NCBI GenBank assembly: GCA_964057225.1 | Contig: OZ059895.1 | Span: forward strand, 18,786,001-18,850,000 | Length of the DNA: 64,000 nt | Direction of reading: 5' to 3' | Source: Auanema rhodensis | Taxonomy: Eukaryota > Animalia > Nematoda | Shown here: positions 1 through 12,257 of the stretch, one piece after another | Position numbering within the stretch: position 1 is the stretch's first letter | Layout: each line of letters opens with the position of its first letter | Program-made: the position numbers and the translations under genes | The notes under the pieces: generated by a model | Seen by the model: only the letters and a program-made list of their open reading frames with translations | What the model was told of the DNA's origin: nothing | Databases searched by the model: none

Positions 1-181
1 TTATTATTACAAAAATTATTTATCAGCACACTGATATGAGTAATAGCAAGTCTTCTTATACGTGAATACGTGAACTTGCTCACGTGAAATCAAATCATTT
101 CACTTCGTAAATGCTGAGAAAATCGGTTGCTTTGATTTTAGTTTTTTTGGAGCTCTTTAACTAATTTTAAATATTTTTCAG

Positions 182-1371
182 ATTGTAGAAGATTAAGATT
201 ACGTCGTCAAGCTTATCCACCAAATCCAGCACCATTTCAACCACGTCAGGAAGATTACAACTTACCACCATTCTATCAGGTTGATATTTAAAATTCAGAA
301 GAAAATTATCATATTAGTTTATATGAAAATGAAAACTTTTGGACTTTGAACGATTCAAAGTTGAAAAATCGAATTTCATACGGAAAATGTTTCAGCCCCA
401 TCCGGGTCGAGATGCTTCATCACTATCACCTGTTTTCCCTTTTCATAGTGAATTCAACAACGGTCTAGATATTAATCCAGGAACACGTGTAACAGTTGAT
501 GGAAATCTGAATGTTCCCGTACTTGGATGGGGTATATGGGATTATAAAGGTAAAAGCATCAGATTGTGAATGAAGGACGACTTTATCTATAATATGCTGC
601 TTATAACTTCAACTTAATGAGCAACCTGTTATCCTAATATAGAATATATAGCATAACAATTTATATAATTATAGGAGGAATCAAAGTTGGTCGTCCAAAT
701 ACAAGAGTTGGATTTGGATCCTTATATGGTCCCACAAATGTTCTTGGAATATCAGCCGATACAGTTGCAACTCTGGCTAAAGATGGCAACTTTAATCAAG
801 CTAGAGGTCATTCACAAACTTGTTCATATATTTAGAACTAACTCATCTTACTTTATATATAATATCATTATATTTAATTATAATATTATATGATTTTATT
901 TTGTTTTATTTTAGAAAATGTTCCGTCGGTTCCAGTATCAGTATTGCCTGGAAACTTTGTTCCATTACGTTGCAAGCCACCATTCTGTAATCCATTCGTT
1001 CATAATACTGCATTTGGTATTGATGTTGAACCTGGAGATGATTATCTATTTGATGGAGGAATTGACTTTCCCATCCCACTTGGTCCATCCGGTGTTGGTG
1101 TTCGTTTCCCACTCAACGGTTAGTGTTAACTATATATACATATTAGACATGAGAACCTTTGATAATTAGTCAACTCGGGTTATGCTAATCAATCATTATG
1201 CATGTTTATATTTTATAATTAATTTATATAATTATATGAAACATAACTTGATGATTTTTAGGAGCTGTCAATGTTGGAACAGATCCATTCCTCATTACAT
1301 ATGGTCATGGAATGGGACCTGTTGAACCACCTGGATTTACAAGCAAGAAAAAGCTTCATAGAAGAGATTAA
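182..1371 (+). CDS. Secreted-type Pro/Gly-rich nematode protein, paralog A (5' end outside the window)
   Basis: Five visible spliced exons (~182-279, 395-548, 674-806, 915-1118, 1262-1371) read RLRR/QAYPPNP...FPFHSEFNNGLDINP...VPVLGWG...CKPPFCNPFVH...GGIDFPIPLGP.G.GVRFPL.GAV, ending at TAA 1369-1371. Colinear with the next gene. Confidence 0.8.
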
Positions 1372-1648
1372 TAATTTCTTAATTATATATTATAATATTA
1401 ATAATATAATTATAAAAATAAATAATAATATTACTATTAACCATTTCTTAAAATCTTATTTTACAAATAAAAATAAAACAAGTTTAAAAGTGAAATTAAT
1501 TTTTAACTTTCATCATGGAGATAACGGATATTTTTAGATAATTTTAGTGTTAAAAACGAAAATGATTAATCAGAAGACATTTGAGAACCGGATCAGTTTT
1601 CTCATTCTTCTTTGACCCCAATGTCACAATTCATATTACCCCCCTGAT

Positions 1649-4600
1649 ATGCGTCTAGATTATCGTCTACATTCAATTTTTATACTATTATTATGTAAGT
1701 TTAAATACATTATCATGTTGATTACAAAACCTTTAATAGGTATTCCGATAAGCTTACTTCAAAAATATGGAAATGACGAGCCACTTGTTGTACCTATTCA
1801 AGGACCTCAAGCTCAATTTCCAGCTCTTATAACAGCTGATAACTTTCCCCTTTTCCCTTTTACTGATCAATTTTCTACAGGATTTGAAATTAATCCTGCA
1901 AACAAAGTTGTAAGTTGCTTATTCCAAAGCTTGAGATGTTGAAGTTGATAAAATTCTTTCTTGTAGTCCATGGCTGGTGATATCAATATACCCGTGCCTG
2001 GTTGGGGAAATTTTGATCTTGATGGAAATGTCTACTTTGGTAATATTAATGTGGATACAAAGGTTATTCCGTCTACATTCCTACTTACCTCTTTATTAAA
2101 CTTATTTTCACCACATTTCAGGTTGGATATCAGATTCGTCCAACGAACAAGCTTGGTATCAAGCCAGAAACATTAGCGTTGCTCGGACAAAATCCAGCAT
2201 TCCGTGAAGCCCGAAGTCAGTTTAATACTTGCTTTTCTTTCAAATATTTGCAAGAAGGAGAGATTATTGAACAATACAACTAACATAATGTAAATCAAAG
2301 TAGCAAAATTGAAAAATAGAAATATAAATTAACACGAAGACAATAATTTGGGATTAGTTAGAGGAAATGCTGTTTCTAACTAAGTTAATATAATGGTTCA
2401 TATTATGAATGTTCCATTAGGATTATGCTTAATGAAGCTATTAACAGAAACATATAATATATATTTATAGTTTAATATTAATTAAAGATTATAAAGTAGT
2501 TTATACGTTAGTTTGGCTAATTAGCATATTTCAAATTAATGTCACGTTGCTAAACTAACGGAATATCTCGTTTTGAAATAATATCCCACAGAACGGTTGA
2601 ATGAAGTTTATATTTTTTGATATATGAATGATTAGTGAAACAGCAGCTTACTACCGTACCACGTTGAAACTAAGCCATCCCTTCCAATCTGACAAGTCAA
2701 GCTAACATTGGTACTTGAATCAGAGATCGCTTGGTAATCCCGGGGGTGCTGTAAGCTTTTCCATTTTTCAGTAGGCAAAGATAAAGTTTCTTAAGTTCAT
2801 GAACAATTCTTGTCGGAAAATGTTTATTCAGTTTATTGAGATTATACATAAGTGTGGTTATTGAATGATAAGATATATATAAGCATAGTAATGACATCTT
2901 AAAATAGACAATGTGGCGAGTCGTGTATTTACATTTGGAATTCTTCTTTATCTTCCGGTTACGACACATAAAGCTGTATGATGATCAGTAGAATCGCATT
3001 GTAAGCATAGGACATCACAAAGTGTTCCGGGATGTTTTAGATCCAGACACTTAATGCACCTATCTAACTCATTCAAACGAATAATTCTGTCGGAGAACGA
3101 TGCATGTGTCGAACAATCCAAAGTTCCATGTCCATCTATTGTATTGGCAACATTACAGAAGATGCAAGATTTTATTGGAGTAACGTACTGTAGAATGGCT
3201 TTGATATCAGTATGCATGGTTTGAAGATTGATATTGATGTGGTCAAAATATACGGGAAAGGTTTTCAAGTAATTATCATCTGAAATAATCTAGATTTCGA
3301 CTTTCCAAATATATTACCATTACCTGCTATAGCCAGTGCAACGGCGTTGTTTTTTTCCGTTTCTTTTTGAGCTGCAGCTGCATCTTGAAGCTGCTGATAC
3401 ATGCTGCTATATTCAATTCTCAGCTGCATAGCTCTTTCTTCGAAGACGTGAAGATCACTTTTTGATGCCAACAAACAGTTACGATAATTCGTGTTTCGAC
3501 TGATTGGCTTGTACAATTCATTGAGAACGTTGCGATTTTCTTGATCAGCAGCAGAATACAACTTTTGAATTGATGTAGTTGTTGTATCAATCTGTTGAAT
3601 TGTTCGACCAAATTGTTTGGCAACACTTTCAATGAACTTCAACTCAAGTTGCAAGATGTAAAAGTTTTGTGAGGATGGGGTTAAATCCAGATCCTTTGTT
3701 GCTAAAGAGATTGGATAGCGAGTACGAAGTGATAACAGGAATTCGTATGACGTTTGCAAAGTATCAGTATAAGCACAAGCCATATTTGAATGAGTTGTTG
3801 AAGTCTTTTGAACGATTTCTTGCTGAAAATTAATAAAATACATAATACGATAAGTATATTTGATTATAATATAACGTTATATCGTTGTAATTTATCAGTT
3901 GTGAATGGAACAAGCTATGAGTGATAGATGATGATGTGAAGAAATGAATAATGATAACAAGATTGGAAAAATTAATTCAAATTGTTTAAACAACAGCTAT
4001 GTTGTTATGTTGAAAATGATAAAAAATGGTTAACTTCTAAATAATTGTAGAAAAGTTTTGATAAAATATTTTTTTTATTATATTTGTGTTTATAATCAAT
4101 CTACTCAATGAGAGATCAAACATAAATTATAAAGAATTGGAAATTTGAATAAATCTTTCTGAATATATATTCAGAGAGGAAAAGGGAAGGTCACCATCCC
4201 TCACTAGTGTTTATGAAAGACTAAATATCCTAACCATATGAGTATCATTAATCTGAAGATCATTAATTGACGAAGCTAATTCGTATATTTCAAATCAACA
4301 TCACATGTATACTTCAACTAAATAAAGCCATTTTAGAAAATGTAGATTAAAGAGTTGATGAATATTGTTTTAGAAACTTATAACAATAAAAATATTATTA
4401 AAGATTAAATATATTATATTTCTCCAGAAAAAGCAAAAGAAATTGTTGTTGGACGTGTTCCATATGGTTATGAGCCAATCAAGTGTAAGCCACCTTACTG
4501 TAATCCATTTGTTCATTCTACTGGAGTAGCTGTTGAAGTTGAACAAGGTGAATCCTAACCACTTCTTTTTATTAAAAAAATTTTTTTACAGGAGATGATA

Positions 4601-4909
4601 GCTTCTTCATTGGAGGTATAGATTTCCCAATGCCTCTTGGACCAGGAGGTGCTGGAGTACGGTTTCCTCTCTCGGGAGCTGTCGAGCAGGTATGTCATAT
4701 GATTCTGCTAATCATATAGTACTCTCAACGCTAACCTCTAGGGAACCTCACCTTATGCTTATGCTCACGGAAACGCTTTCAACCCTGTCTCACCATTTGA
4801 TCTACAAGCCATGGACAATGAATCAGTATCAAATCTACGACGCTCACCACAAAAAAAGATTGATAAAGAAAAGTTCTATAAGAAATTCTACGATAAGCTT
4901 CCACAGTGA
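1649..4909 (+). CDS. Secreted-type Pro/Gly-rich nematode protein, paralog B (tandem duplicate; hosts a nested gene in a 2.2-kb intron)
   Basis: Hydrophobic N-terminus, then FPFTDQFSTGFEINP...IPVPGWG...CKPPYCNPFVH...GGIDFPMPLGPGGAGVRFPLSGAV. GT-AG introns include 2216-4427. TGA at 4907-4909. Confidence 0.85.
2948..3783 (-). CDS. Nested two-exon gene (~263 aa): helical/coiled-coil region plus Bel/Pao Gag-like triple Cys/His zinc knuckle
   Basis: ATG at 3783 lies downstream of a TTTTCAG acceptor. A 44-nt intron at 3323-3280 (gtaatg...tttcag) joins the two tracked ORFs in frame (IA-D-DNYLKTF). C-terminus: CIFC-x8-H-x4-C ... RCIKCL-x3-H-x4-C-x3-CLQC-x4-HHTALC. Confidence 0.75.
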
Positions 4910-5223
4910 TGAAGTAAATTAAGATGCATCTTATAATTTATAACGTTATTTGTATAAGATGTTGCCCTTTGTTACTGAAACTAAAATTAATAATGTATAT
5001 AGTATTCATTTAATAAATAATATTTTATTATTTCTTTATTATCACCTATCAAAATCTTATCATTTTGGAGCAACAAAAGAAATTTTTTAATACTTTGTTC
5101 TTTTGCCTGTGAGCCATTTGTACTAAAATTATGTTTTCTAATATTTTTTTCTCCCTCTTTCTCCCTCTTTCTCTCTGTCTTTTTCTTTCTTTTTAGCCAA
5201 TTAAATTTGTAATTTTTAAAGTT

Positions 5224-6606
5224 ATGAGTCGATTATTGATTCATTTGCTTCTGCTGAACTTGTTGTATACCATTTGCGAATCAGCTTGTCCTGATCAATA
5301 TACATACAACGATAAGTTTAACAGGTTGGTACAAACTTTATTATGTGCTCCTAAATTATTTTACAAATTCTAAATCACAAAATTATTATCAACCGAATGA
5401 TACCAACAATGAGCATTTCATAAAACACTTTAAGTACACCTGGATATTTCAATTTTTCTTTAGATGTTACAAACTTTTTCCAATTGCTCAAACATATCAA
5501 AAAGCTCAGCTTACATGCAGAAATGGACATGCTTTCTTGGCTTCTATTCACTCAAAAGAGGAAAATGAGTACCTTAATCGTTGAGTTTCTTCCGTAAATC
5601 CGTTTATCCGTTGCTTCTTCTTCTAGAATGGATTCGTACTCAGACAGGATATAGCTACTTTTGGACAGGTTTAGATAGTCTAGGAGGTTTTTGGAACTGG
5701 GATGATAACACTGTAGTTAATTATACAGCTTGGTATATAGGTTGCAGAATATGTTTTCACTTCAACAGTAATTTTTGTGAAATTAGGACAACCTTCTATC
5801 TCATCTGATAGTTGTGTCATCTCGACAACATCATCATCTCTATGGTCATCAATTCATTGCACAAATACCCATGTAAAATCTGAAAATACCAAATAGGTTA
5901 ACGAATGTGCTGAACGTTTTGTTTTTAGCCTTTCATATGTGTAGCTGAGGTTCTTCCAACAACGCAAGCTCCAACAACAACAATGCCAATGCCATGTGAT
6001 GATAGATACACTCATTATAATCCTAGTTTGAACACGTGTTACTATGTTTTGAGCTTATTTAGAAGATCGTAACACCTGTTTTCTTATTAAGGTTGGAACA
6101 TCGACTTCATTCTGGAGTGCAGAATCATTTTGTACTGCATTGAGTGGTCATTTAGCTTCCATTGAGAATGTATTTGAGAATAATTATATCGTTAGTGAGT
6201 TTGAAGTTAAGCTAGCCATTGCTTCAATTGATGAGCTTCAGGCATAGCTAAAACCGGAATTCCTAATGCCACCGAACATGATTCAACCTGGATCGGAGCT
6301 CATTACTCAGATGTAAATGTAATTCTTTGAACTATAGTTACAATTTTAATTTAGTCCAAGTGGTACTGGACTGATGGGACAGATATGAAATATAGGAATT
6401 TTATGCCAACGCGCCCTATACGAGAAAGTAAATTATCCTGTGGTTCGGTAAGCTAATAGAGATTTCTCAGTAAGCAAAGAAAAAATATTTAAATTTAGCT
6501 AATTCAAGATAAGTTATATGCCAATTCCTACTACATCGGATTTTGGGATAATCTAAAGTGCGATGACATTTTGACTAGATTTGTTTGTAAGAAAAAAATG
6601 ACTTAA
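5224..6606 (+). CDS. C-type lectin with two CTLD domains (clec family)
   Basis: Signal peptide; CYKLF...A...C...LASIHSKEENEYL, FWTGL...WNWDD, a Thr-rich linker, then a second CTLD (HLASIEN, WIG, WYWTDG, WDNLKC...FVCKK). Confidence 0.85.
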
Positions 6607-6681
6607 GTGCTTTTAAATATTTCAAGAGCGGAAATGAATTTTTTCTTGACAGATTATTCAATTTACAGTATAAGAGATCAA

Positions 6682-7678
6682 TTAACGAAATAGTTTTTGC
6701 TTTGGAGGCTTGAAAGCAGCACCAGGCATAGTTTTTCCCTTTTCCTCTTTCTTAGCCTTCTTAGCTTGGAAGTTACGCCAACTTCCAGATCTTTCATCGC
6801 GCGACTCCTACAATGACTTAAAATATTAAAAAGTCTGTACGAACCAAAAACCTCATAATTTTTGGCAAATTCTTCTGCCAATTTTCTTTTCTCAGCCGTA
6901 GCAGCCATCGCCTCAGCAGCAAGCCGTCTAGAAGGGTATATTGTTCTTAAGTCTCAAGTATTGAAGCCTACTTTTCTTCGTTAGCACGATCTTCAAGAGT
7001 CTTTCTCTTTTTCTCTCTTTCAGCAAACACTTTTGTAACATATACCCAGAGCTGCTTTTTGTAGGTAGCTGGATCGTCTTCTTCAATATCTTCTGAACCT
7101 TCTTCTCTCTTCTTCTTACGTCTCTTCTCAGACATCTGTAAAACCACAAGGAATATTAAAACTGTAAATTCAAGTATTTAAAGGACTTACAGCGATAGCC
7201 AATCTAGCTCTTCCTTCAGTGTAGCAATCCTTGCATCTATTTAGTTCAATAGGGTTTTCTAATGTTTCAATAGCCTTCTTCAAGACTGAAAAAAACAAAT
7301 TCAAAAATTAAAATTCAATAAGTTCTTACTTCCGAAAGACATATCAGCTCTATCGCGATCATCTGGATTTTTATCAGGGTGAACAAGTAGTGAAAGTCTT
7401 CTGTATTTCTTTTTAGCAACCTCAATATCTGTTTCAGGATCAATTTGTAAGACCTGGATAACAGAAAAATATAAAAATGCAAGTATTGAATAGAATTACC
7501 TCAAATGGATTAAGATTAAGGTAAGTAGATCCTCTTCGGAGCAATCTATCCATCTGATCCTTAGAGGTTAAGACAGCATCTTCTCTCTCTGTTTCTTTGA
7601 TCTGGTAATATAATTATGAAAAAGAAAAAATTAATTTGTCGAACTTACATCTTTGTAGAAATGCTCAAACTCGGTCAT
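6682..7678 (-). CDS. dnj-30: DnaJ protein, DNAJC8 ortholog
   Basis: Spliced product contains RLLRRGSTYLNLNPFEVLQ, LSLLVHPDKN (HPD motif), NYEESRDERSGSWRNF and FKPPKQK, typical of DNAJC8. Confidence 0.9.
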
Positions 7679-7850
7679 CTATAAGAAAAGAAAATAGAAG
7701 CATATAATAGAACAATGAAGATATTTCGTATGATTTGAACTATTAAAATATTTTTTAATTGAATATATAAAATAAATATTATTCATACATCGAGTTATGT
7801 ACAAGAATGGCACTCATGTACCCGACATTAGTATATTAATAACTTAATCA

Positions 7851-9807
7851 TTAAAACTCTGAGAATCGATATCGTTGGTAATGTGGAAGAATATGTTCCG
7901 CAGGGGAATACAGATCGAACTGTAATCCAACACATAATGGCAATTCTAAAGCTAAAAGTTCTTTTCGGGAAATTCGTAATCTTTCCACAATCGTCTAAAA
8001 ATAAATTGATATGCAACGAAAATATTATGTAAAATACTTGAATTATTTTTTTTATTGCCTCTTTCTTATAATCATTCAGTTTCACAGCAACTAGAAGTGA
8101 TGCTCCGGCTACTATTTTCCTATTATGCTTTGAAATTAATCCCTGGAATGAAATTTTCATTAGCATTCCCATCTTCCACTTCATACCTTTGCTACAATGC
8201 GTTCAAAGAATACCATGGCTTGTGATATTGTCATTAAATCAACTCGGCAACCACGAGCCAAAGATAATACATCGGACTTGATGCTGAAAAAATAATCATA
8301 ATAATCAAAAATAAAATAAAAATACCTTTTAAATTTGCTGTAGGTTAGATTAACGTTGGGGTATTTCTGAGAGAATTTATCATTCAAAGTACTCTTAAGC
8401 TCACTACGGGGTAAATAATGATATGTGACTCCCTAGAAGTAAATAGCTTGAACTCTGACACTCCAAAAAAAATATCAAACCACAAATCCTGGACAACGAA
8501 TGATTGTTTTCCGTATTTGGTCAACTTCTTCTAACGAAGATGGATTATATGGATCAGCGGACACCTCGTCCCATTCTATATCTTCTACAATTCCCGGTAT
8601 ATGAAAGTTTTCATAAAAATATATTTACCAGTTTCATGATTTGAATACATAGTGGCATCTAAGAAATCTTGAGAATGTGAGCGACACGTCGATGCCCTAT
8701 TTGCACTGTCCTACAAATACATATATTACAAATTAATATTAATAAGCACTTCTTACTCTACGAGCAGAATGACGAGCAAATATATTAGCAGGTTGAACAG
8801 GCTTACGCTTTCCAAGCAGAGTAGAAAAAGCATATTCAAGTTTTTCCTAAATTATTTTTTTTCGAAAGTATGAGGACAATATTCAGATCTTCACTTACAC
8901 TACGTCCACTAGGAAATGAATAGGGTCGAAGTTCTTCAATTGAGCAGTTACTATGATTTCGTCGTCGATCACCAAGAAAAAGTAATGAACGAGATCTTCT
9001 GAATAATCTTTTGTCCTCTGTACGATAAGCAAAATTTGAAGAAACTATCAGGGGTACTTCGGTGTCCACATCACATAGATAATCCCTGAAAATATTGATA
9101 TTCCCACAAGATTAAAAACTTAATTTAAACCTGTTGCATCGAGGTAAATGAGTTCGAAACGGCTTTATATAATCCATTGTTTCAAGTGAAACCATGGATC
9201 CGTAATGTTCGCCTACAAGATCATGTCTTCATTTAGAATAGAAAATTTAATTGTTCATACTTGGAGATGAATCACTTCCTTTTCTTGACCCCGCTTCAGA
9301 AGACCCTCCTCTAAACCCAAAAAATTCATCCATACTAATAATTTTTATGAATCGTCTGAATAATGACGGTTTCTTTCTATTTAAAGATCGCGCTTCCGCT
9401 GCAATCATGCTATCATAATAACCCTAAAAACCCAATATATTCTAGGAAACGTGTGAAATAATGTTTAACCTCCGTATAATAAGCTCTTAAATTTCTCTGA
9501 CATTGCATCACCAAGTGGTTAGCCTGAAAATCAAATTTTCTTTAAACCACAACTTTCGATAAATCCCCTACTCGTCCAATTTTTTTTTCATCTTTGTCAG
9601 GTATAGAAGCGTCTTCTACAACTTCGTTATCTATACCACTCTAAATGGTAAGCAATGTATTCAGTTCCGCATTGAATCTAAAACCTTCGCTGATGATTTA
9701 TTGAAAATCCTTAATTTGGTGTCATCATGCGTTCCCGACTGACTAATATTAGTCAAAAAATTCTTGGCCACAAGTAAATGGTAATCACTTTTATGTCTTT
9801 TCTTCAT
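7851..9807 (-). CDS. CABLES (CDK5 and ABL1 enzyme substrate) ortholog with C-terminal cyclin-like box
   Basis: N-terminal AKNFLTNIS; C-terminal LNDKFSQKYPNVNLTYSKFKSIK...AMVFFERIV.KGLISKHNRKIVAGASLLVAVKLND...LALELPLCVGLQF. Confidence 0.85.
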
Positions 9808-10040
9808 CTGCAAACTCATTTGTGTAATCTGTACTTCGTATTTGCTCAATTTACAAATATAGAAAGGGTCATATCAACCAAAAAAAACTTTAAGAGGACA
9901 GCGCGCAGAGTTTTATTTCTATTAAGAGAAGTAATTCATTATATTGATCGCTGTTCAGAATAGATTTACAATACAATATTAAAATAGTGGGCTGAATATT
10001 ATATAAATACTGAAATAAAAATTAACATTTAATACGAAGC

Positions 10041-11733
10041 TTAAGGTGATCTGCTGCGAGATCGGGAGCGGCTAACATCTCTCGATTTTTCACGACGATC
10101 GCGAGATCTGCTTCTGCTGCGGTCACGTCTGCGGTCACGAGATCTGCTGCGAGATCTAGATCTGGATTACGGAGATTATCATAAGTTAATAATAAATTAT
10201 TGAATTTACCTGCGTCGAATCGGGCTTCGAGTAAAACTGCGGCGCCTGAAATAAAATGAGGTTAGAAAACCAAGACAATACTAACGACAAAGGTAAATAT
10301 ACCTTACATGAGCTGAAACAACCAGTTCAGCTCATTGCACCCTTCCATTTTCAAAGTTTAAACAACCAACAACACCAACAAACATCATCATCATCATCAT
10401 CATCATCATCATGATCCTCATCAACAATTTTCATCATGATCTTCCTCATTTACCAAAAACATCACCGTGTTCATGACCATTTTACCAAGAAATTCATCAA
10501 GTTATTGGTTCGCCAATGCTAGAGACCCAAAGTGGTGTTTCTTTCCAAATCCTCACAATTTCCAAAACACAACAACCACAACTAGAAATAAGAAGCTGCG
10601 AAAGTTGGCGCAAAAGTTCGGATATGGGTGTGTTAGTAAAGCAGATGAGAGGATACAATGATGTCCATTTTAATTATTTTAAGCATGCTAGACTAATACC
10701 AATGACAAACGGTCGATCTAAATATCAATTGTGGGCTGAGTACCGTTTTAAATGATGAAATAGATGTTGTGTGATGATCAAAAAAACCACGCGCGATGAT
10801 CAATGAGCAGAGAATAGTACCAAGGCTTTTAGTGCATTCGCCTAATAAGTAACCAGTAGCAAAGTTTAAAAGAGAGAAGTAACATGATAACACTATTTTT
10901 AAAAAAAATTGAACTATCTTACCGACGATATCCACCACCGCCTCCGCCGTATCCTCCTCCGCCGCCACCACCGCCGCCACCGTACCTTCCACGTCCACCC
11001 CAAGATCGAGGTTCTCTCTTTGGCAGTGCATGAGCAACACGTACACGATGGCCAGAGATGTATCTAAAAAAATAACAATTTGCTGAAATGCATGGCTAAT
11101 TTACTTACTCGTCATTCATTTTCTTAATAGCTTTTTCGGCATCATCTGGATGTTTGTACGTGATAAATGCGTAGTATGGAGGATAGGTAGCCATCCATAA
11201 GTCAACAATGCGACCAAATCTCCTAAAAAACAAATGTACTTAAATTTAAGAGAAGTCATTCTTACTCAAAAGCTCTTTCTAAATCTCGCTTAGAGAGGCT
11301 CGCTGGAAAGTCGGAAACATGAATTCTTCCGCTAACTACGGCTCTTCCATTGTGGTCCTTGCGAACAGGTGAATAAGTGCGAGAACGAGATCGTCTTCTG
11401 CGATCACGGCTTCTTGAGCGGCTGAAATCAATATTTATTATAAGGAACTTTGAAACTTCACAATGTAACTAACCTTCGTGAACGAGAGCGAGAGCGCTTA
11501 CGATCACGAGAACGTGAGCGTGACTTTGAACGAGAGCGAGATCTCGAACGAGATTTCGACTTGGATCTCGATTTTGACCTGGATTTTGAACGAGACCTGC
11601 TTTCCCGGCTCACAGCAGTTGGGTTTCCAGGACTGCGATCCTATGAAAAAAGTTATTTATTAACTATACATTGTTTTCATCTTACCTGTTGTTCTTCAGC
11701 AAGAACATCTCCCGAAATAGCATCGACACTCAT
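10041..11733 (-). CDS. SR splicing factor: RS - RRM (SRSF3/SRSF7-like) - Gly-rich - RS
   Basis: Long RS/KS dipeptide runs; RRM RIHVSDFP...LERAFE.FGRIVDLWMATYPPYYAFITYKHPDDAEKA...GHRVRV; poly-Gly; C-terminal RS ending SRSP at TAA 10041-10043. Confidence 0.9.
10308..10841 (-). other. Candidate poison (NMD) cassette exon within the 677-nt SR-gene intron 10922-10246
   Basis: Acceptor ttattag at 10842 and donor cat/gtaagg at 10307 leave 81-nt and 62-nt flanking introns. Inclusion reads CG-G CGA ATG CAC TAA, an immediate in-frame stop. Confidence 0.55.
10383..10412. repeat. (CAT)10 microsatellite, read as (GAU)n in the SR pre-mRNA
   Basis: Read directly; degenerate copies continue to ~10450. Confidence 0.95.
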
Positions 11734-12257
11734 GGTCAGCTACCTAAAAGAATAAAAATTACGAATACCCAATAGCGTCTAAAGATTTTCGAAACCAAAA
11801 TTTCAACAAAATTTCATAGAACAATTATATATTTTTTTATTTATTAATCTTATAGTAATTAAATAAATTTATTTTAATATGATAACAAAATAAAAAATAT
11901 TATAAACCAAAAAAAAAAGAAAGAAGATTTACATATTGTAAACAAGCGTTCCCAGCGACCAGCAACGATTATTTTCTCTCGTTGCCCCGCACTGAAAGCG
12001 CGTCGAGACCAAATTGACCAGTCCTTCAATCGATTAGATAACACGCTCCTTTTAAACTATACTGATAAAAAAACGATAAGATAAGATAGTTTAATCCTTG
12101 AGGACAATTTCCTAATCGATTTTAATTTCAAACTGTAGTTTTGTGTTAATAAGATTTTTCTGTATAGCGAAGTGCATTTAAAGATGTTTGTAGAATATTG
12201 GTAAGTGAAGATAAAAAATTTATTAAATGCTATATAGACAAGTATACATAACGTAAT

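Noticed and set aside
2697-2969. 90-aa ORF following the knuckle gene as a possible frameshifted pol
   Set aside because: No aspartic-protease (D-S/T-G) or RT motifs; probably 3' UTR or intron sequence.
11450-11755. Plus-strand ORF rich in RE/RD/LD repeats
   Set aside because: Antisense shadow of the RS-domain exon of the SR gene.
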